Source of the DNA: Bacteroidia bacterium | GTDB taxonomy: Bacteria > Bacteroidota > Bacteroidia > AKYH767-A > 2013-40CM-41-45 | NCBI GenBank assembly: GCA_020852075.1 | Contig: JADZBN010000117.1 | Coordinates: forward strand, 1-57,445 | Reading direction: 5' to 3' | Length of the DNA stretch: 57,445 nt | Shown here: one piece after another, positions 1-7,800 of the stretch | How positions within the stretch are numbered: position 1 is the first letter of the stretch | How the letters are laid out: every line of letters starts with the position of its first letter | Program-made: the position numbers and the translations under genes | The notes under the pieces: generated by a model | Told to the model about the DNA's origin: nothing | Databases searched by the model: none | What the model saw: only the letters and a program-made list of their open reading frames with translations

Positions 1-961
1 AATTTTCGTTGAATCCATTCAGATAAAGGGAAATTTCAGAAGTCGAATCAATCTGAGTGCCCAGGTTAATGGTAAAGTCATTAACCGAAAACCTGCTTCT
101 GTCACGGAAGCCATCTCCCATCCTGTGTAAACCGGAGATCAGATAATTTGTTTTACCATTATTTCCACCAGTTGATAATTGAAGATTTAAGGAATTGAAC
201 GACCCATAGGACAGATCCGCTTTGGTTTCAGGTGTGTATTTCCCTTTTTTTGTAATCATATTAATTACACCACCGACTGAATAACCACCATATAGAACGG
301 GGGAGGCGCCCTTAATAATTTCAATTCTGTCAATACTCTGAACAGGAGTCATGTAATAGGATGCGGGATCACCATAATATGTCATTCCAATTGGGAATTT
401 CCCATCAATCAGCACCAGTACATTTCTGTTTCTCAATGGATCCAGGCCGCGCAATCCGATATTGGGTTTTAATCCCCGTCCGTCTTCATCGAGATAATTC
501 GTTCCCGGCACCCGGGTGATGATTTGTCCGATATTCTGGGCGCCTGATTCCTGAATTTGTTTTGTATCAATTATGGAAACAGTCCCTGGAATATCTTTTA
601 TTTCCCCTTTTATTCCCGTCGAAGTGATGCTGACCTCCTTCAGGGTGTGAACTTTTGCATCCAGGTCAAATATAATTTTTGTTGTTTCCCCTGATTTAAC
701 GGTAACCTTCTGACCGATGGGCTCAAACCCCATGACGGTACACATAATTTTAAAATCACCATGGGATATATTTTTCAAAATGAATTTTCCATTTTCATCC
801 GAAACGGTAATTATCGTTGTATTTTCAACTTGAATGGTTGCAAATTCAACAGGTCTTTGGGCTTTGTCTCTGACAGTTCCGGAAATGCTTCCCGTGCCTG
901 TTTGTGCTTTCGCTGCACAAAACAGGAAGCATGAAATAAAGGAGAGCAGAAAGGTTTTCAT
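1..961 (-). CDS. TonB-dependent outer-membrane receptor, N-terminal part (gene runs off the left window edge)
   Basis: Absent from the supplied ORF track because the edge truncates it. Hand translation from ATG (complement of 959-961) gives a signal peptide MKTFLLSFISCFLFCAAKAQ. A CarboxypepD_reg-like beta-sandwich follows (GSISGTVRD...ENGKF...GFEPIGQKVTV), then TonB-receptor plug motifs (IPGTVSIID...GLRGLD...IDRIEIIKGASPVLYGG). Confidence 0.85.
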   Translation of the reverse strand, partial: MKTFLLSFISCFLFCAAKAQTGTGSISGTVRDKAQRPVEFATIQVENTTIITVSDENGKFILKNISHGDFKIMCTVMGFEPIGQKVTVKSGETTKIIFDLDAKVHTLKEVSITSTGIKGEIKDIPGTVSIIDTKQIQESGAQNIGQIITRVPGTNYLDEDGRGLKPNIGLRGLDPLRNRNVLVLIDGKFPIGMTYYGDPASYYMTPVQSIDRIEIIKGASPVLYGGYSVGGVINMITKKGKYTPETKADLSYGSFNSLNLQLSTGGNNGKTNYLISGLHRMGDGFRDRSRFSVNDFTINLGTQIDSTSEISLYLNGFNEN

Positions 962-1585
962 ATTTTCATGTGTTAGAATTCGGGCGCAAGATTTTATTTA
1001 GACAAATTCTAAACAATGCGAAAAGTCATGTTTTGCCCTTCCACCCAAAAACTCCATGATATTGGGATGTTCGTTATTTAACTAATTATGATACAAGTAA
1101 TTAATCATCACAAACGAATACCTGATTCTGTTTAAAATGCCATATTTCAATCTGTTACATTAAACCAAAGAAAAAACAATTAAACCATGTTTACGCCTGC
1201 TAAAGGTAGGCCGTTAAACCCACGGCTACATCCCGTGTTTTTATAAAAAATCTGGTATCCATCAATAAATGGTTTTGATATTCAGTAATTTGTGAATCAA
1301 TGCTTTCAATATGGGGCACGCATTCATATATATATAAATAGGTAACCAGGCGGGATTGACTGAGTGGGTTCGTTAAATACATGCCCCAAGCCAAAGAGAA
1401 TGAAAGAACGCAGGAATCCATTCCGGGCATGGCATAAAGTGAAAAAGCGTCTCCGTCCGACAAACATATGGTTTTCATTATCAATGTGAAATCAAATGGA
1501 TTTAACAAAATGGTAAAGCGGAAATCCAATCTGATTTTTTGATTCGATGGCCTTTCAAGTACCTTCACGCCCAAATGAACAGCCT

Positions 1586-2509
1586 ATGAGCTTAGTTGTA
1601 GTCGGAACCGTTGCTTTTGATGCTATTGAAACCCCTTTTGGGAAAACCGATAAAATAATCGGAGGCGCTGCCACCTATTCAGGTACTGCGGCCGCTTATT
1701 TTTCTAAAAACATAAAACTTGTTTCAGTTGTAGGAGATGATTTTCCCGGAGAAATGATAAACCGCTTTACCCAGTTGGGCTTGTCCATTGAGGGGCTGCA
1801 GGTGAAAAAGGGACAGAAGACTTTTTTCTGGTCCGGGAAGTACCATGAGGACATGAATACCAGAGATACACTGGATACACAGTTAAATGTATTGCTGGAT
1901 TTTGATCCTGTAATTCCCGATTCCTACCAGGACTGTGAGTTCCTGATGCTCAGCAACCTGATGCCGCAACTTCAGAAGAAGGTCATCGAACGCATACATA
2001 AACGGCCGAAACTGGTGGTGATGGACACCATGAATTTCTGGATGGAAACACAATGGGATGCCTTGATGGATACCATACGGTATGTGGATGTACTGACGAT
2101 AAATGATTCCGAAGCCAGGCAACTTACCCATGAATACAGCCTGGTACGGGCTGCACAGAAAATCCTGAAGATGGGACCCCGGTATCTGATCATCAAAAAA
2201 GGTGAGCATGGTGCCTTGTTGTTCAATGAAAAACAGGTGTTTTTTGCACCGGCTCTTCCGCTTGAAGAGGTCTTCGATCCGACAGGTGCAGGAGATTCCT
2301 TTGCAGGCGGATTCATTGGTTACATTGCGCAAACACGCGACATTTCATTTGATAACATGAAACGCGCCATTATTTACGGATCTGCCATGGCCTCGTTTTG
2401 TGTTGAGAAATTCGGATTGGAACGGCTCATCCACCTTACTCATGGTGAAATTGATGAAAGGGTACACCAGTTTATTGATTTGGTTCAGTTTGACATTGCA
2501 CTGGTTTAG
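1586..2509 (+). CDS. PfkB/ribokinase-family carbohydrate kinase
   Basis: ORF 1547-2509. Has N-terminal 'VVVGTVAFD' and the PfkB C-terminal signature 'DPTGAGDSFAGGFIGY'. Start placed at ATG 1586 (MSLVVVG...); ATG 1547 is the alternative. Confidence 0.85.
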   Translation: MSLVVVGTVAFDAIETPFGKTDKIIGGAATYSGTAAAYFSKNIKLVSVVGDDFPGEMINRFTQLGLSIEGLQVKKGQKTFFWSGKYHEDMNTRDTLDTQLNVLLDFDPVIPDSYQDCEFLMLSNLMPQLQKKVIERIHKRPKLVVMDTMNFWMETQWDALMDTIRYVDVLTINDSEARQLTHEYSLVRAAQKILKMGPRYLIIKKGEHGALLFNEKQVFFAPALPLEEVFDPTGAGDSFAGGFIGYIAQTRDISFDNMKRAIIYGSAMASFCVEKFGLERLIHLTHGEIDERVHQFIDLVQFDIALV

Positions 2510-2603
2510 ACCGCAGGCCTAACGGAGACCGAATGGTGTTTTCGACAGGTTGCTGCCGGAGTTGTATCTGTAAACCGGGCTTTTTTATTTTTGTCTGCCG
2601 GTC

Positions 2604-3788
2604 ATGACAGCAGAAATTACCCACCCTGTTTCCACAAAAAAAGCAAGGAATATCATCCTTGCGGTTTCTGCTGCTCTGATCCTGCTTATTTCGGTTTTTC
2701 AATATAACAAGAAGCGGCAGGATTCGTTCACCCCATACAACAATTACAAAATCTTTTCACGCTCATGGGAAAACCTCCGCCATCAACAGCCGTTGTACAC
2801 CTATCATTACGATCAATATTTTGATCTGTACAAATACAGCCCCACCTTTCCGGTGCTGATGGCTCCGTTTGCATTATTGCCTGATTTAGCAGGCCTTATT
2901 TGCTGGAATTTGCTGAACGGACTGCTTCTTGTCTATGCGCTTCTGGTCATTGATTGGAAAAGCAGGGTCCAACAATACCTGGGATTGTTAGTTGTGTTTT
3001 CCGAGCTGGTAACGTCACTTCAAAACAGTCAGAGCAACGGGTTGATAGCCGGTCTTTCGCTGCTGGCCATTTCAGGAATTTCCCAGAACAGATTTTACAA
3101 ACCGCTGCTGTTTATTCTTATTTGTGCATTTATCAAGGTGTTCAGTATTTTGTTGCTGCTGGTATTTCTATTGAAAAGAATAAGGCCGCCACACATTTTG
3201 GCAGGAATAGCACTCACGGCGTTGTTCGTGTTTCTTCCGCTGCTGTTTATCCCGTGTGGGTATCTCCTGCAGTGTTATCGTGACTGGTTTGTGTTGCTGC
3301 GGTCGGATCATGATGCCTCGGTGGGAATTTCATTTCTTGGTTTTGTTTCGGCATTGTTTCCCGGTGCGGAGTTGAAAACCGCAGTTACCCTTGCAGGATT
3401 TGTATTGCTGCTTGGCTCCTGGATACTGTACCAGTTCAGGATAAGAATTATGTCAGAGACGGATATTCTTCAGTTTGGCTGTTCGCTGCTTATCTGGATG
3501 GTAATTTTCAATCATAAAGGAGAATCACCAACGTATGTTATCGCTGTAACAGGGGCTGTACTGCTTTGTTTTACCATTCCCCCTAAAATCACGGGCATGA
3601 TTTTGCTCATAAGTATGATCCTGCTAACGTGCCTGTCTCCAACTGATCTTTTTCCTGCCGGTATCAGAATCACCTGGGTAGTGCCCTATTCTCTGAAAGC
3701 CCTGCCCTGCATCCTGATTTATTTCTATTACCTTTTATGGCTTATACAAAAAACAACAAGGAGCACAAAATCACCTGTGCCCGTGTGA
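2604..3788 (+). CDS. Polytopic membrane protein, DUF2029/GT87-like (GT-C fold) glycosyltransferase
   Basis: 394 aa with about 10 or more hydrophobic helices. The segment 'YKYSPTFPVLMAPFALLP' resembles the DUF2029/GT87 family as I recall it. No soluble domain. Confidence 0.55.
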   Translation: MTAEITHPVSTKKARNIILAVSAALILLISVFQYNKKRQDSFTPYNNYKIFSRSWENLRHQQPLYTYHYDQYFDLYKYSPTFPVLMAPFALLPDLAGLICWNLLNGLLLVYALLVIDWKSRVQQYLGLLVVFSELVTSLQNSQSNGLIAGLSLLAISGISQNRFYKPLLFILICAFIKVFSILLLLVFLLKRIRPPHILAGIALTALFVFLPLLFIPCGYLLQCYRDWFVLLRSDHDASVGISFLGFVSALFPGAELKTAVTLAGFVLLLGSWILYQFRIRIMSETDILQFGCSLLIWMVIFNHKGESPTYVIAVTGAVLLCFTIPPKITGMILLISMILLTCLSPTDLFPAGIRITWVVPYSLKALPCILIYFYYLLWLIQKTTRSTKSPVPV

Positions 3789-3841
3789 ATCCGGGACAGG
3801 GTGTTTAATTATCCGGAGAGTTTTAATCCGTAGGCAGCAAC

Positions 3842-4588
3842 TTATTTGTTACTCTCTGCTAACGCCAGATTTTCCGCCACCTGATCCCAGTTGATTACAT
3901 TCCACCATTCACGGATGTAATCTCCCCGCTTGTTATAGAACTTGAGGTAATAGGCATGTTCCCAGACATCCAGCCCCAACAGCGGAATTCCCCGGAAGGC
4001 GGAAAGATCCATCAATGGATTGTCCTGATTCGGGGTAGATCCGATTTCCAGCTTCCCCGAAGGGGTGCGTACCAGCCACGCCCATCCTGAACCGAAGCGT
4101 TTTGATGCCGCGCTCGCGAATTTTTCCTGGAAATTATCCAGGGATTCAAAAGCCCCGGCAATTGCGGAGGAAATTTTCCCGGAAGGTGAAGAACCGCCCG
4201 GCCTCATTACCTTCCAGAACATGGAATGATTCCAGTGTCCGCCGCCATTGTTTCGAACTCCTTCAGGATACTTCGAAGCGTTTTTGACCAGTTCGTCCAG
4301 TGTCGCGTGGATGTTATTTTCCTGAACGAGTTTGTTCAGGTTGTTTACATATCCCTGATGGTGTTTCGTGTAATGAATTTCCATGGTCAGTTTGTCCAGG
4401 TGAGGTTCTAGGGCATCGTACGCGTATGGGAGCGGAGGTAGTGTAAATTCACCGTCCACCACCTCTGATTCGGGCATTGAATGGGAAGTGAAGAAACCCG
4501 AGGATACAGAAGGGCCGGCAATTCCGGCAATCGCCAGCAGCGAGGACTTTTTCAAAAAAGTGCGTCGCGAAGATGCAATTTCATTCAT
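3842..4588 (-). CDS. Fe/Mn-family superoxide dismutase with twin-arginine (Tat) signal peptide
   Basis: Motifs 'LPYAYDALEPH', 'HYTKHH', 'GGGHWNH' and 'DVWEHAYYL' include the metal ligands. Start set at ATG 4586-4588 (MNEIASSRRTFLKK...), which gives a consensus SRRxFLK Tat motif. The ORF track extends to 4663. Confidence 0.92.
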   Translation of the reverse strand: MNEIASSRRTFLKKSSLLAIAGIAGPSVSSGFFTSHSMPESEVVDGEFTLPPLPYAYDALEPHLDKLTMEIHYTKHHQGYVNNLNKLVQENNIHATLDELVKNASKYPEGVRNNGGGHWNHSMFWKVMRPGGSSPSGKISSAIAGAFESLDNFQEKFASAASKRFGSGWAWLVRTPSGKLEIGSTPNQDNPLMDLSAFRGIPLLGLDVWEHAYYLKFYNKRGDYIREWWNVINWDQVAENLALAESNK

Positions 4589-4820
4589 AGTCTTGATTTT
4601 TAGGTTGTTAATAACTTTGGGTGTATGGTAACAGAAAAGCATGAAATTCGTTAAATTTATCAACTTTTAGTGAAATTCCAATTAAAGAATCGGTTTACCT
4701 ATATTTTCATGTTCTTTATCAATTATTTAAGAATTTGGGGTGAAGTTGACCTATCTTCATACCCTGAAACGTAACAATAGATTACCTAAACGCCGGATCC
4801 CGTTTAAACGCCCCTCTCAC

Positions 4821-7800
4821 ATGTTTTCATCCAAAATGCAAAAGACCAGACTCGGGCTTGTTTTGCTTGTGTTTCTCCTCTTCATATTTCCGACAGAATC
4901 ACCGGCCCAGGTACTTATCAATGAAATATGTCCATCGAACGTATCGGTCAATACCAATTTCGACGGCGAGTATGATGACTGGATTGAGTTGTACAATGCC
5001 GGTGCATCGCCGGTAAATCTTTCGGGATACGGTTTATCGGATGATGGCAACGATAAATACAAATTTGTTTTTCCCTACTACACACTGAATGCGGGGGAAC
5101 GGCTGCTGGTTTTTGCCGCTGACCAGAATGTAAATTCCATAGTGGATCACTGGGAAACGGCTGTTAGCGCCTCCACTACCTGGAAATATTTTGCTGCAAA
5201 CAATACGGCCCCAGACACCAACTGGAGAAACATTTCCTTTAACGATGGATCCTGGAATTCGGGATCTGGAGGAATCGGATACGGCGACAACGATGATGCC
5301 ACTCAGATTTCTACCAGTTATAACTCCGTCATGATGCGAAAAACTTTTTTTGTATCTGACACATCAGAAATCCTAAAGGCGATCGTGAACATGGATTATG
5401 ATGACGGGTTTGTCGCATACCTCAACGGAACGGAGATCGCCCGGGCCAATATGGGACCTCCCGGAGCAAGGCCGCTCTTCAACGATCTTGCACCGCAATC
5501 CCACGAAGCACTCATGTACCAGGGGATGGATCCTGATTCATTTTTTGTTGATATCAACCTACTCAAAGCCGCCCTTGTTCAGGGTATGAATGTTTTTGCC
5601 GTGGAAGTGCACAATACCACCACCAATTCCAACGACCTTTCTTCCATACCGTTTCTTTCTTTTGGTATGAAGAGTCCGGGAATGACCTATAGTGCGACGC
5701 CGTCCTGGTTCAATGCGCCTCCGGTTGAATACTTCAATGCTGATTTTAAGCTGAGCCGGAGCGGGGAATCGGTTTATCTGACCGACAACGTCGGGACAAT
5801 CATTGACTCCTATTCTTATGTTGACATTGATATTGACAACTCCATCGGCAGGTCGTCGGATGGTGCCGGAACCTGGTGTTTGTTCGGCACTCCGACGCCG
5901 GGTACATCCAACAGTTCTTCCACCTGTTACAACGGATATGCATCATCCCCTATGTTTTCAGTCGCAGCAGGATATTACCAAAATACGCAATGGCTGACGC
6001 TCAGTACCACAGCGCCGGGAGGCGTCATCCGGTACACCACCAACGGTGACGATCCGACGTCCTCCTCCTCATCGTACAGTTCTCCCATTCTGCTGAATAG
6101 CACAAAGGTTATCCGGGCGAAAGTATTTGCATCAGGATACCTGCCCAGTCCGATCATCACCAATTCCTATTTTGTCAACGAAGACGACCATTTGCCGGTT
6201 TTCAGTATCTCGACGGATTCGGACAATCTTTGGGACTGGAATACGGGAATCTATGTGATGGGACCCAACGCCCAGTCCACCTCTCCCTATAAAGGAGCAA
6301 ACTTCTGGCAGGACTGGCGTAAGCCCGCCTGCATTGAATATTACGACAAGGACAAAAACCGGTTGTTACGCTTCGATGCGGAGATTCGCATTTATGGAAA
6401 TTATTCAAGGGCAAAACCTCAGAAGAGTCTTGAGATCATGCTCAGCGACCGGTTTGGAACCGGAGAAATCAACCTTCCTTTCTGGCCTGAAAAGCCATTC
6501 ATTAATGACTTTGATAATTTTATCCTGAGAAATTCCGGAACCGACTGGAACATTGTTCACTACCGGGATGCATTCATGGAAAGGTTACTGAGAACCACAC
6601 ATGCCGGCTACCTTGCCGCAGAACCTGCCGTTATGTATCTCAATGGAGAATACTGGGGTGTATTTACCATTCATGAAAACCACGACCATCACTGGATGGA
6701 ATACAATTATGGGCTGAAAGAGGATCAAATTGATTATCTGAAAGAGGACGGCAGCACCATATCCGTAAAAAACGGTTCGGATGCTTCTTTCTGGGACATG
6801 TATAACTATGCCACCACTGCCGATCCCCTGTCGGCTGGATATTATAATTATCTGAAAGACTTTCTGGATTTTGATAACTATGCCGACTATTTCATCGCGG
6901 AAACATACTACAATAACGGCGATTGGATTGGCGACTGGACAAATAACATAAAAATGTGGCGACCCTCTGAACCGGGAGGCAAGTGGAGGTACCTGACATA
7001 TGACCTTGATTTTGGCTGTGGTTATGCCGGAAGCGTGAACGATGACCGCATTGCAATAGCCAGAAATCCGGTAGCGTTCAGTCATTCTTCGGAAATGTTT
7101 GATGCCATCCTGAACAATCCCACGTTCAGAACCTATTTCATAAACCGGTATGCCGACCTGATAAATACCATTTTCAAGTCGTCGTATGCAAAGAGTATTT
7201 CGGACTCCTACGAGGACAGTATGCAGTATGATATGCCAAATCATTTTGCCAAATGGGGAAGCAACACCAGCACCTGGCACAGTAATATCAACAGTATGCG
7301 GAGCTTTTTGACGTCACGCCCGCAAAAAGTCCGGGATCAGATTCAGGCCGACTTTGGTCTTACGAATCAGGTGGAACTGGAATTTGAAACATCTCCGGCC
7401 GGTTCAGGGCGAATTCTTGTAAACACCATCATCCCCGATTCGTATTCCTGGGAGGGGACTTATTTTGACGGGAACCCAGTTACCATCCGTGCCATACCCA
7501 ATCCCGGATATACATTTAACCACTGGAGGTCGGATCACATTATCAATTCGAATGATCACAACATAACAACTACCTACAATTTTAATGTTGACGATGAGAT
7601 AACCGCTTACTTTACGGGTTCACCCGAGTCACCGAAGATTACCATCAGTGAATTCAATTATCACTCGGACTCCTCTGCTGATGCAGGCGACTGGATTGAA
7701 TTGCATAATTACGGGACTGTTGACCTTGACATTTCCAACTGGAAAGTCCGGGACGAAAACGATTACAACCAGTTTGAGTTGCCCGTTGGCACTGAGATTC

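Noticed and set aside
1084-1110. AT-rich partial palindrome (aattatgata...taatcatca) that looked Fur-box-like upstream of the TonB receptor
   Set aside because: It is only a loose match to the GATAATGATAATCATTATC consensus, and the Bacteroidota Fur site is not well defined. Too weak to call.
1200-1574. 124-aa minus-strand ORF (93 aa from the internal Met at 1478) in the gap between the TonB receptor and the pfkB-family gene
   Set aside because: I recognise no family motif. It overlaps the alternative pfkB start and has no HTH or other domain. It could be a real orphan gene, but I cannot support it from sequence alone.
6585-7280. 231-aa antisense ORF inside the CotH gene
   Set aside because: The plus frame carries unmistakable CotH motifs across the same bases. 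The antisense translation is motif-free and typical of shadow ORFs opposite long genes.
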